Assembly: GCA_038225095.1 (NCBI GenBank) | Contig: JBBREZ010000001.1 | Location: forward strand, 1-51,584 | Direction of reading: 5' to 3' | Source of the DNA: Caldilineales bacterium | GTDB taxonomy: Bacteria > Chloroflexota > Anaerolineae > Caldilineales > Caldilineaceae | Length of the DNA stretch: 51,584 bases | Shown here: piece by piece, positions 1 through 7,968 of the stretch | Position numbering within the stretch: the stretch's first letter is position 1 | Layout: the number at the start of each line of letters is the position of its first letter | Position numbers and translations under genes: made by a program | The notes under the pieces: generated by a model | Seen by the model: the letters and a program-made list of their open reading frames with translations, nothing else | Told to the model about the DNA's origin: nothing | The model's database searches: none

Positions 1-1
1 C

Positions 2-306
2 GATCTGCTCAAGTGGGATGCGGCGCTGACCAATAGGCAAATTTTGTCTCAGGCCAGGCAGGATCACTTTGGTCGCCACTGCTGCTAAACAACGGCTTGC
101 CTGTGCCGTATGAACATGACTGGTCAGCCAAAACATTTCGGGGGCGCCGGCTAATTGAATTTGGCGGTGGGGCACCAGGCTTTACGACTTGTATGGCACG
201 CTTCGTGGATGATCGCCTAACCGTCATCATCCTTACCAACCAGGACTCGAAACCGTGGGACATGTGTCAGGCTGTGGCCGGGTTGGTGGAGCCTGCGTTG
301 GCGTAA
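2..306 (+). pseudogene. Serine hydrolase / beta-lactamase-family protein, C-terminal part (5' end outside the window), apparently frameshifted
   Basis: Frame 2 reads DLLKWDAALTNRQILSQA... and then hits a stop at about position 86. Frame 1, from about position 55, continues GSLWSPLLLNNGLPVPYEHDWSAKTFRGRRLIEFGGGAPGFTTCMARFVDDRLTVIILTNQD to TAA 304-306. Joined, the two pieces give the usual C-terminal layout of class-C-like serine hydrolases. The frame switch near 50-60 implies a 1-nt indel or a sequencing error. Confidence 0.5.
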
Positions 307-360
307 TACGTTGCTTGTTCGCCAACCGTATCCAAAATTTTCACATCCAAACGAACGTAA

Positions 361-566
361 AAGGAGAAACCATCAAGAGTTAGAAAGCAACTGTATGTCA
401 GCGGTTAGCCGCACTCAATCGTGAAGACCTCGACACCCTGCGCAACCTGCTCACTGGCGCGAGCTATGAAAAAACACTTGAAATGATCCAATCGACGCGT
501 AACACGTTTCCGGATCATCAGCTTGAACCGCCAGGATTGAATGCGCTCTGGATTGCTATTTTTTAG
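361..566 (+). pseudogene. Possible decayed SnoaL-like (ester cyclase / NTF2-fold) gene remnant
   Basis: A strong SD (aaggag, 361-366) is not followed by a usable start codon. One frame gives QELESN. The next frame gives ..RLAALNREDLDTLRNLLTGASYEKTLEMIQSTRNTFPDHQLEP.. up to TAG 564-566. This resembles the N-terminal half of SnoaL-like proteins (..aln.gDldal..ll......i...r..FPD). The open frame is broken by at least one frameshift. Confidence 0.3.
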
Positions 567-739
567 AAAATAGCGCATGATGCAATACTGGTCTTTACGC
601 CAAGCAGGGATATTGTCATATCTCTATCATCCAAGATCATGTTCGTCGTCGCGTTCTGGGCTACAAGTTTGACCATGGCGCTACCGTCGCAGGTATTGCT
701 CAATTCCTCTATTTTTAGATAAAAGGAAAAAGGAGGACT

Positions 740-3700
740 ATGGTAAGCCCATCGCTTCAAAGGGTAGTGGCTTGGCCTATCAAGCCCGCATTATCTACGT
801 TTTTCTTGCTTCTACTCTGGCTATGCTTTCCCCAATCTGCCCAAGCCAGCACAATCGTCAACTCGTCGATCCCCACCCACACCACGTGGAGCAAGGCGGG
901 TAGCCCCTACCAGATCACGCGTACCGACTTTGCCGTGGAACAGGGCGTGACACTCACCGTCGAGGCTGGCGTCGAGGTGATCGCCGCCGCCAGCGGCAAT
1001 ATCCTGGTTCGCGGCCATCTTGTCGCGCAGGGCAGTGCGCTAGAACCAATTCTTTTTACCAGTGTCAGCAAGACGCCTGGGGCATGGGCTGGCATCAGCG
1101 TAGAGTACGCCAACCAGCAGCCTGGTTCCGCCACGCTCGATTATGTGATTGTTGAGTATGGCGGCGGAACCGTGTTGTCCAATACTGGCAATATTGCAGT
1201 CCACCGCGGGCTGCTCACCCTCCATCATGGCATCATTCGCCATGGTGGTTCAAATGGCATCAGTGGTTTTGTGGAAGCGCCCGTGACGATTGCTGACACC
1301 AGTTTTGTCGGCAATGGCGCAGCGGCTGTGCAATTTTATTCGCTGGTAAGAAGTGACCCGCGCCTGAGCAATCTGAGCGCCAGCGGCAACGGCAAAGACG
1401 CGGTCGTCTATGCCAGTACCGAATTTGATGGGCAGCAAACATGGGAAGATATGGGTTTACCTTATGTCGTTCAGGCCGGGCTGGTGGTCAACCCAACTGG
1501 AAAATTAACCATCGCACCCGGGGTAACGGTACAGGTGGACACTGGATTCTATGTGAATGGTACGCTAATCGCCGTGGGTACGCTTGCTGCGCCCATCACT
1601 ATTAGCGGGTTAAAGCAGGAGCCGGGCAGTTGGTGGGGCATCAATGTAACTAGTAACACTAACGCGCTCGCATCGGCACGCTTTGACTATACCACAATTG
1701 AATATGGTGGCCGCGCGCTAGATGGTGCTGGCAACCTTACAATCGCCTCTGCCACCGTTACAGTCACCAACAGCATGATCCGCTATGGCGGCAGTCATGG
1801 CATCGTTGACCACGGTGGTACACCGGGCGCAGGCCATTCGCTGCGTGTGGATCACACATCGATCCTCAGCAACATGGGGGCGGCCCTGCTCGGCGACGAC
1901 GAGTCGGCCAATCCTGGATTGAGCGACCTGACAATCAACGGCAATGGCACAAATGCGATTGTCCAGCGGGGTGGGTTGCGTGGTGTGCATGTTTGGGAGA
2001 ACGTCGGTGTGCCCTATGTGGTTGAGAATGCTTCGGGCATTAATAGTGGCGGCAGCCTGACTATTGAACCTGGGGTAGAGGTGCGCTTTGCGCAAGATGC
2101 CGGATTCAACGCGGCTGGCAATCTTTTTGCGGTGGGAACGCCAACTCAGCCGATTACTTTCACAGGCACGCAAGCGCAACCTGGCTGGTGGCAAGGGATT
2201 GATAACGCCCATTTTCAACAATCATCAATGAGCGTCGTGGACCTCGGCTACTGCGACATTGGCTATGCTGGCGATGCCAATCTGGAAAGAGCCCAAGTGG
2301 AGATTTCGTCGAGCACAGTCTTTATCCAAAATTGCCGGATTCACGATAGCGCAAGCGCGGCGATTCATGTGCGTGGCAATGTCCAACCGCTGATCGCCTA
2401 CAACCGGATAGAGAACAATGCGGTTGGACTAAAACACTTTCAGGTGGGCTCGAACACGGTCAATGTCGATGCGCGCAACAATTGGTGGGGCGACGCCAGC
2501 GGCCCCACTCATGCCAGCAATCCAACCGGCAAGGGCAACCCAATAAGTGACTTCGTACTCTTCGCGCCCTGGCTCACCAGCCCGGTTGTGGCGGGCGAAG
2601 CCCAGACGTTAGTCGTGCGCCTGGCTGGACCGGGGCGCTTTGTGCCCGGGTCGACCGAGGAATATGAGGTCCTCTACGCCAACTTGACCAACCAACCGAT
2701 CGAAAATGCCGTCATGCGCGTGGCGTTGCCTAATTTTGGCGATTATCTGGACAGCACTGGTAGTGGCATCTTCTGGCCCCAGCGCCAGCAGCTTTTCTGG
2801 AAGCTAGGTACGCTGGCGCGCGGCGCGCGCGGTGTGCTCTCCTTTCGCGTGCGTTTTAATTGGGGCGTGGCACTCGGGTCAAAATCGACCGCTGTAGCGC
2901 AACTCGGCGGCACCAATCTCAGCCCAGCCGCCTTTGATATCGCCGCCTATCTAGCCTTTACGCCGCAAACGTTGCTCTCGGCCACCGAACTGTCTACAGC
3001 GCAAGTGCAGGCTGAACGCGATGCCTACCCGGAACTGAATCAGTTGCTCACCACGGCGCTTGGCAAGGGGTATCGATTCGCGCACGCGACCCTGCGCAAT
3101 TACAGCGGTGATGTCACACTGACGCGCCTGGTGCTGGTGCGCCTTCAGCCGCAGTTTTCCGCCTATTTTGTTTGGCGGCAGAATGCAACCACTGTCGCCA
3201 TGCAGGTGGATGGTTCATCGGTTACAGTGGAACACAATGGGCTGGCTTTGCAATACGACCGCCAAAGTGGAAGCTGGAATGAGATCGTCGCCGTCAAGGC
3301 AGCTGGCATCAGTTATGCGGAGTGCATGCGCCAGTGCATTGCCGAAAAACTGCCTGGCGAACTGATTGAACAAGTGATCAAAGTGGTGGGCGTTACCAAG
3401 AAAGCGATCGGCTGTGTCCAAGCGATCGCTGGCAACGACGAGGCCGTGTTGGAATGTGCCAAAGTGTTGGAGAAGGCGATTCCCGGTGTGGATATCGGCA
3501 TTGAACTGGGGCTGTGTAATGCGGATTGTCAGCAGTGCAATGGCGACTGTGATGATCCCCGTTGTCACTGTTGCAAAGAAGACAAAACGTTCTGCGACAG
3601 CAATGATTGGCTTTATGGACCCTTTGGCATTGGCGTGAAAAAGATCCTACGCTGTTCAATCGCAACCGGACGTTATCTCGCCGCCGAAGTCTACGATGTC

Positions 3701-4903
3701 TGTGCCATCTGTGAAAAGTGTGTGCAGATGCCGGGCGGACCATCCTGCCAACCAAAAAATTCAGCCACGGGGTTGCAAATTAGCGCCTCAACCGCCTGGT
3801 CAGCGTTGGCGGCAGGCGACAGCGACCTGACCTGTGACGAGTGCCGCAGTGCCAAAGACCCCAACGAGAAATTCGGCCCCAAGGGTGATCTGCTGCCCGG
3901 TCAGCTTGTCACCTACACCATCACCTACGAGAATGAAGGGACGGGTGATGCTTTCGATGTCTTTATCGTCGATCCGTTGAGCGAATACTTCGATTTGAAC
4001 ACGCTGAACATCGCTGGCAACGCGACCTTTGCTAGCGCCAACCGCACCATCTACTGGTTGGTGGGTGACTTGAAGCCCAAAGGTCAACTCGGTTCCAGCG
4101 GTGTAGTCTCCTTCACTGTGCGCTTGAAGCCAGGGTTACCCAGCAATACAGTCGTCAGCAACCAGGCGGTCGTACACTTCCCCAGCGTGCCCGAAGAGAC
4201 GCCAACCAACAAGGTGATCAACATTGTCCAACCGCTGGTGGCGACGCCGCAACAGCTAACCACCACAGCCGGTCAGCCAGTGGCAATTACACTCCACGGG
4301 CAAGATGTAAGTGGGACACCGTTGAGCTATGCCATCGTCGAGGCGCCTCTCTACGGACAATTCAGTGGAACGCCGCCTGCGCTCATCTACACGCCGCAAA
4401 GCAATTTCAGTGGCCTCGACCGCATCGCCTTCACCGTCAGCAATGGTACATCCACGAGCCGAACCACCGATGTGACCATCCTTGTGCAACCCTCGGCTGC
4501 CGACAAGACACCACCCACCGTGCTTTGGACTGCGCCAGCCCACAACCAAACGTTGACTTTGCTTGATACGACGCCGATCCCCGGTGGAGGGGGACCCTAC
4601 TATGCACCATTGATTCAGGTGCAGTTCTCCGAGCCGCTGGACGCCGCCACGATCACGACTGATACCATACGAATCACCAGTGCCGATGGGCACTTGATAG
4701 CCGCGAGGGTGCAATTTGACGGCGCGCTCGACCAAGCGTATCTTGTGTTGCGTGAGCCGTTACATACAGGCGCAAGCTATACCATCGTTGTGGCGCCTGC
4801 CATCAAAGATGCCAGCGGCAATCTACTCGCTGCCGAAAATCGCTCAACCTTCCAAGTGGGTAGCGTGAATCGGCCGCTCTTCCTGCCGTTCATTTGGCGC
4901 TGA
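740..4903 (+). CDS. Giant secreted multidomain protein (1387 aa): signal peptide, right-handed beta-helix (PbH1-like) repeats, Cys-rich module, DUF11-type repeat domain, Ig-like/cadherin-like domains
   Basis: SD aaaggagga lies 5 nt upstream of the ATG. The N-terminus (LLLLLWLCFPQSAQAS) looks like a signal peptide. There are repeated G-x-I-x-[VI]/N-x-[GA] beta-helix-like units. DPNEKFGPKG..VTYTITYENEGTGDAFDVFIVDPL is typical of DUF11 'conserved repeat domain'. The C-terminal ...DKTPPTVLWTAP...IRITSADG... is Ig-like (SbsA-type). Confidence 0.85.
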   Translation: MVSPSLQRVVAWPIKPALSTFFLLLLWLCFPQSAQASTIVNSSIPTHTTWSKAGSPYQITRTDFAVEQGVTLTVEAGVEVIAAASGNILVRGHLVAQGSALEPILFTSVSKTPGAWAGISVEYANQQPGSATLDYVIVEYGGGTVLSNTGNIAVHRGLLTLHHGIIRHGGSNGISGFVEAPVTIADTSFVGNGAAAVQFYSLVRSDPRLSNLSASGNGKDAVVYASTEFDGQQTWEDMGLPYVVQAGLVVNPTGKLTIAPGVTVQVDTGFYVNGTLIAVGTLAAPITISGLKQEPGSWWGINVTSNTNALASARFDYTTIEYGGRALDGAGNLTIASATVTVTNSMIRYGGSHGIVDHGGTPGAGHSLRVDHTSILSNMGAALLGDDESANPGLSDLTINGNGTNAIVQRGGLRGVHVWENVGVPYVVENASGINSGGSLTIEPGVEVRFAQDAGFNAAGNLFAVGTPTQPITFTGTQAQPGWWQGIDNAHFQQSSMSVVDLGYCDIGYAGDANLERAQVEISSSTVFIQNCRIHDSASAAIHVRGNVQPLIAYNRIENNAVGLKHFQVGSNTVNVDARNNWWGDASGPTHASNPTGKGNPISDFVLFAPWLTSPVVAGEAQTLVVRLAGPGRFVPGSTEEYEVLYANLTNQPIENAVMRVALPNFGDYLDSTGSGIFWPQRQQLFWKLGTLARGARGVLSFRVRFNWGVALGSKSTAVAQLGGTNLSPAAFDIAAYLAFTPQTLLSATELSTAQVQAERDAYPELNQLLTTALGKGYRFAHATLRNYSGDVTLTRLVLVRLQPQFSAYFVWRQNATTVAMQVDGSSVTVEHNGLALQYDRQSGSWNEIVAVKAAGISYAECMRQCIAEKLPGELIEQVIKVVGVTKKAIGCVQAIAGNDEAVLECAKVLEKAIPGVDIGIELGLCNADCQQCNGDCDDPRCHCCKEDKTFCDSNDWLYGPFGIGVKKILRCSIATGRYLAAEVYDVCAICEKCVQMPGGPSCQPKNSATGLQISASTAWSALAAGDSDLTCDECRSAKDPNEKFGPKGDLLPGQLVTYTITYENEGTGDAFDVFIVDPLSEYFDLNTLNIAGNATFASANRTIYWLVGDLKPKGQLGSSGVVSFTVRLKPGLPSNTVVSNQAVVHFPSVPEETPTNKVINIVQPLVATPQQLTTTAGQPVAITLHGQDVSGTPLSYAIVEAPLYGQFSGTPPALIYTPQSNFSGLDRIAFTVSNGTSTSRTTDVTILVQPSAADKTPPTVLWTAPAHNQTLTLLDTTPIPGGGGPYYAPLIQVQFSEPLDAATITTDTIRITSADGHLIAARVQFDGALDQAYLVLREPLHTGASYTIVVAPAIKDASGNLLAAENRSTFQVGSVNRPLFLPFIWR

Positions 4904-4934
4904 CTTTACCAGGGAAGATCACAGATTGCCTTGT

Positions 4935-4963
4935 CCCCTTATCCTTGCGGGTAAGGGGTTTAT
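4935..4963 (+). terminator. Intrinsic terminator of the giant secreted-protein gene
   Basis: A 10-bp stem ccccttatcc / gggtaagggg (one G-U pair) closes a ttgc loop and is followed by tttat. It lies 32 nt after the stop codon. Confidence 0.7.
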
Positions 4964-5093
4964 AGATAAAACACTTAATCCTGCCACTATCTAGGTCTCT
5001 CGACTCCACTTCACTGCGTTTGAGATGACAAGAAAGAAAGCGGCAAGTTAGCGTGTTATGTCTATAAGCCAAGAATCACAGATGTGGAGCAAA

Positions 5094-5150
5094 CTATCCC
5101 ACATATCTTACACAATTTTGTGGGATAGCTGTGGGATAGCTGTGGGATAA
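5094..5150. repeat. Three tandem copies of the 11-mer gtgggatagct, plus one inverted copy upstream
   Basis: The tandem copies are at 5120-5130, 5131-5141 and 5142-5150 (the last is truncated). ctatcccaca at 5094-5103 is the reverse complement of tgtgggatag at 5119-5128. Confidence 0.9.
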
Positions 5151-5151
5151 A

Positions 5152-5181
5152 GCAACCCGCCAGACAGATCTGGCGGGTTGC
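5152..5181 (-). terminator. Intrinsic terminator downstream of the HMG-CoA synthase gene (possibly bidirectional)
   Basis: A perfect 13-bp stem gcaacccgccaga / tctggcgggttgc closes a 4-nt loop. On the minus strand it is followed by tttatcc. It lies 12 nt after the minus-strand stop at 5193-5195. Confidence 0.75.
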
Positions 5182-5192
5182 TCATCTGACTT

Positions 5193-6245
5193 TTAATGGT
5201 CGGCTAATTTTTTCCGCATCCGCACATATTGCGCATAATCCACCAGTACACGCCGCCGGATGTAATCTCGGGTTGATGGCGCACGCTTTTGTGTATCTGT
5301 GATTTTATCGGTCACCAGCAGATCAAACGCATCCGAACCGGCACCACTACCATAGCTGACGACCAAAATCCGTTGACCCGGCTCGGCAATATCCAACACC
5401 GCCGAAAGCCCAATCATCGCCGAACCGGCATAAGTGTTACCAATCTCCGGCACCAGTAGCCCCGTCTTCCACTGTTCTGGCGTGAAGCCTAAATCGGCCA
5501 GCGCTCGAGTGGGGAACTTAGGGTTCGGCTGATGAAAAATGACGTGCGCGTAATCAGCCGGGGTTGTTTTCATTGCGGCCATCATCTGTTCCGCCGCTGG
5601 AATCACGTGCCCAAAGTAGCCAGGATCGCCGCTGAAACGTTCGGCGTGGCTCGGATAATGGGTGCCCGGTCGCCGCCAGAAATCGGTGGTATCCGAGACA
5701 TAACTCAACGAACGCTGGATTATCGCCAACGCCTGTTCCGCCGGGCCAATCAGGTAAGCCGCGCCGCCGGCGCCGGCTGTATACTCGAGCGCGTCACCAG
5801 GGCGGCCCTGCGCCGTGTCCATGCCGATGCTAAGCACATAATCGGCCATGTCGCTGCCCACAAAACCAATGCCCGCCTGCATCGCTTCAGTGCCGGCTTT
5901 GCAGGCAAATTGCCAGTCTGCCGCCAACACGCCGGGCGTCGCGCCAATCGCCTCGGCCACAATCGTGCCCGTGGGCTTGACCGCATAGGGATGGCTCTCG
6001 CTGCCCACCCATACAGCGCGGATTGCTTGTGGATCAATGTTGGCGCGCGCCAGCGCGTTGCGCGCCGCCTCGATGCTCATGGTCGCGGTATCTTCGTCCA
6101 GCCCCGGTACCGCCTTTTCGCGCACCGGGCTTTTGCTATTACTATCGGTCCAAACTCGGCTAATCTCGCTGCCCGGCAAACGATAGCGCGGCACATAGGC
6201 GCCGTAACCGACGATGCCGACAGGGCGTAATGGTTGTCTTAACAT
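5193..6245 (-). CDS. Hydroxymethylglutaryl-CoA synthase, archaeal-type (thiolase fold, about 350 aa)
   Basis: [23 protein letters not shown]...[16 protein letters not shown]...ACKAGTEAM...HQPNPKFP...GNTYAGS... match the short archaeal-type HMGS layout. I chose the ATG at 6245 (SD aagga 5 nt upstream) rather than the ORF-track start at 6323, which runs into a repeat. Confidence 0.85.
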   Translation of the reverse strand: MLRQPLRPVGIVGYGAYVPRYRLPGSEISRVWTDSNSKSPVREKAVPGLDEDTATMSIEAARNALARANIDPQAIRAVWVGSESHPYAVKPTGTIVAEAIGATPGVLAADWQFACKAGTEAMQAGIGFVGSDMADYVLSIGMDTAQGRPGDALEYTAGAGGAAYLIGPAEQALAIIQRSLSYVSDTTDFWRRPGTHYPSHAERFSGDPGYFGHVIPAAEQMMAAMKTTPADYAHVIFHQPNPKFPTRALADLGFTPEQWKTGLLVPEIGNTYAGSAMIGLSAVLDIAEPGQRILVVSYGSGAGSDAFDLLVTDKITDTQKRAPSTRDYIRRRVLVDYAQYVRMRKKLADH

Positions 6246-6276
6246 AATATTCCTTGAATTAAAATCAAAAAGAATA

Positions 6277-6480
6277 AGTAATAGGTAATAAGTAATAGGT
6301 AATTGTGAACGTTCGGGATACATCCTCGCCTCATGTAAGACCGGGAATCATGCAACTACCATTACAAATTACTTGTTACTTAGTCACGTTACGCAGTCTG
6401 CCAGAGGTAGGGCCACGATATATCGTGGCTGTACGGACGAGCGTCTGCGTAACATGAGTTACCTATTACTTATTACTTAT
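6277..6480. repeat. Nested palindromic element between the HMG-CoA reductase and synthase genes
   Basis: The outer arms are aagtaataggtaataagtaataggtaat (6277-6305) and its complement acctattacttattacttatt (6450-6472). They enclose a 64-nt element (6389-6452) that has ttacgcag...ctgcgtaa termini and an inner hairpin ccacgatatatcgtgg. Confidence 0.85.
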
Positions 6481-7822
6481 TTTCTAGCAGTTGCATCGCC
6501 CGTTCCACACGAATCTGCCCCTCACTCACCAACTGTGCCGCAACGCGATCAACGTCTATCCCCTGCACACCCGCGGCAATTGCCACTTGTCGCGCATGCA
6601 GCGCCATATGCCCGCGCTGAATCCCGTCTGTCGTTAAAGCGCGTAGGGCAGCAAGATTCTGCGCCAACCCGACCGCGGCCATCACTTCACTTAGTTCACG
6701 CGCGCTCCGTATGCCCAGAATCTTCAACGCTATCTGCGCCATTGGGTGCGCACGCGTGGCGCCGCCGACAATACCGACAGCAAGGGGCAGTTCGAGACGA
6801 CCGTAGAGAAATGCGGAGTGCGGAGTGCAGAGTGCGGAGTAGGAATTGTCTCTATCTCCCTGTCTCCCTGTCTCCCTGTCCCCTCTTGTCTCCCATACTG
6901 TCAGCGCCCGATACTGCCCATCGCGTGCCGCATAAGCATGCGCGCCAGCCTCAATGGCACGCCAATCATTACCGGTGGCGAGCGCGACTGCATCGATGCC
7001 ATTGAGGATGCCTTTATTATGGGTAGCGGCCCGATAAGGGTCAGCCACGGCAAAGGCATTGGCATGGGCAATATTTTCAATTACTTCCACCCCATCATGA
7101 TCGCCGCTGACAAAGCTCTGCGCCGGGATGGTCACTTCGGCCCAGGCGCGCCGGTGATCGGTCAGGTTACTGAGAATGCGTAATAAGGCGCGGCCACCGC
7201 TTAGCCGTTCCAGCACAGGTGCAATCGTCTCAGCCGCCGTGTTGATGGCATTGGCGCCCATCGCATCGCGCGTATCAAAGAGCAGATGCACAATCAGCAT
7301 AGGCACGGTGGGTGTCTGCGGAAGTTGCCGCACTTCAATATCAACCGGACCACCGCCCTGTTTAGCAATCGTGGGGCTAGTATTGGCCAACGCGAGCAAG
7401 GTGGCTTTCTCGGCCAGAATCGCCGCAGTTGCCTGAGCGGGATCCAACACATCTAGCAATTGAATTTGCGCGATCATTACCGGTGCTGTGCTGCCCGTGA
7501 TAAACCCACCGCCCGCGCGTGCTAACTTGGCCGCAAAACTCACTGCGGCGACGATCGACGGTTCTTCAACCACCATTGGCACGAGATAATCACGCTGGTT
7601 GATTAAAAAGTTTACGCCAATCCCCAGCGGCAGACTGTAACGTCCCACCGCATTTTCAATCATCTTATCGGCCTGTGCGGTGGACAAATTGTCGTCTAAA
7701 ACCGCTATCTCAGCGGGGGTTAGCTTCGCCCAAGCCGCGACCAAGGCAACGCGTTCGGCCACGCTTTTTTGATAAAAACCGCTCAGGCGCGAAGAACGCA
7801 GTTCTGTGCCAGGCTCGTTCAT
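6473..7822 (-). CDS. mvaA: HMG-CoA reductase, class II (NAD(P)H-dependent, bacterial type), carrying an extra internal segment
   Basis: SRLSGFYQKSV..ERV, VEEPS[IV]VAA, DAMGAN, ATGNDWRA, GIVGGAT..HP, LAALRAL..DGIQRGHMALHAR are class II HMGR hallmarks. The ATG at 7822 has SD gaggg 6 nt upstream; a GTG at 7825 is an alternative start. Confidence 0.9.
   Translation of the reverse strand: MNEPGTELRSSRLSGFYQKSVAERVALVAAWAKLTPAEIAVLDDNLSTAQADKMIENAVGRYSLPLGIGVNFLINQRDYLVPMVVEEPSIVAAVSFAAKLARAGGGFITGSTAPVMIAQIQLLDVLDPAQATAAILAEKATLLALANTSPTIAKQGGGPVDIEVRQLPQTPTVPMLIVHLLFDTRDAMGANAINTAAETIAPVLERLSGGRALLRILSNLTDHRRAWAEVTIPAQSFVSGDHDGVEVIENIAHANAFAVADPYRAATHNKGILNGIDAVALATGNDWRAIEAGAHAYAARDGQYRALTVWETRGDRETGRQGDRDNSYSALCTPHSAFLYGRLELPLAVGIVGGATRAHPMAQIALKILGIRSARELSEVMAAVGLAQNLAALRALTTDGIQRGHMALHARQVAIAAGVQGIDVDRVAAQLVSEGQIRVERAMQLLENK
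6812..6894. repeat. 'Word' repeat block lying inside the HMG-CoA reductase coding sequence, in frame
   Basis: tgcggagtgcggagtgcagagtgcggagt (gcggagt heptamers), then an 8-nt spacer, then tctctatctccctgtctccctgtctccctgtcccctcttgtctccc (gtctccct octamers). The same words form intergenic palindromes at 47830-47900, 46850-46885 and 49169-49222. Confidence 0.85.
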
Positions 7823-7968
7823 CACAATCCCTCTACGAATTCCCAGTAGTTACAATTTGGGCAGAGTTGTAAACCGTCTCTGCTTTAGTAAAGGTAGCAT
7901 AAGGAAACTGTCAGGATCTATCAGAGTTAAAAATGGAAGAATTTGAGAGGAAGTCTTGTGGCAATAGA

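Noticed and set aside
5532-6230. 232-aa plus-strand ORF antisense to HMG-CoA synthase, and similar long antisense ORFs at 1718-2221, 6373-7005, 10277-10630, 13431-13922, 24721-25308, 45989-46561 and 49498-50061.
   Set aside because: These are shadow ORFs typical of GC-rich coding regions. They are Arg/Ala/Pro-rich, lack an SD, and each fully overlaps a gene with strong family signatures on the other strand.
6812-6894. Word repeats here, and at 19513-19590, 45574-45600 and 47830-47900, might be CRISPR arrays.
   Set aside because: The units are only 7-8 nt long and directly abut each other with no unique spacers of constant length. They occur as inverted pairs, and no cas genes are present.
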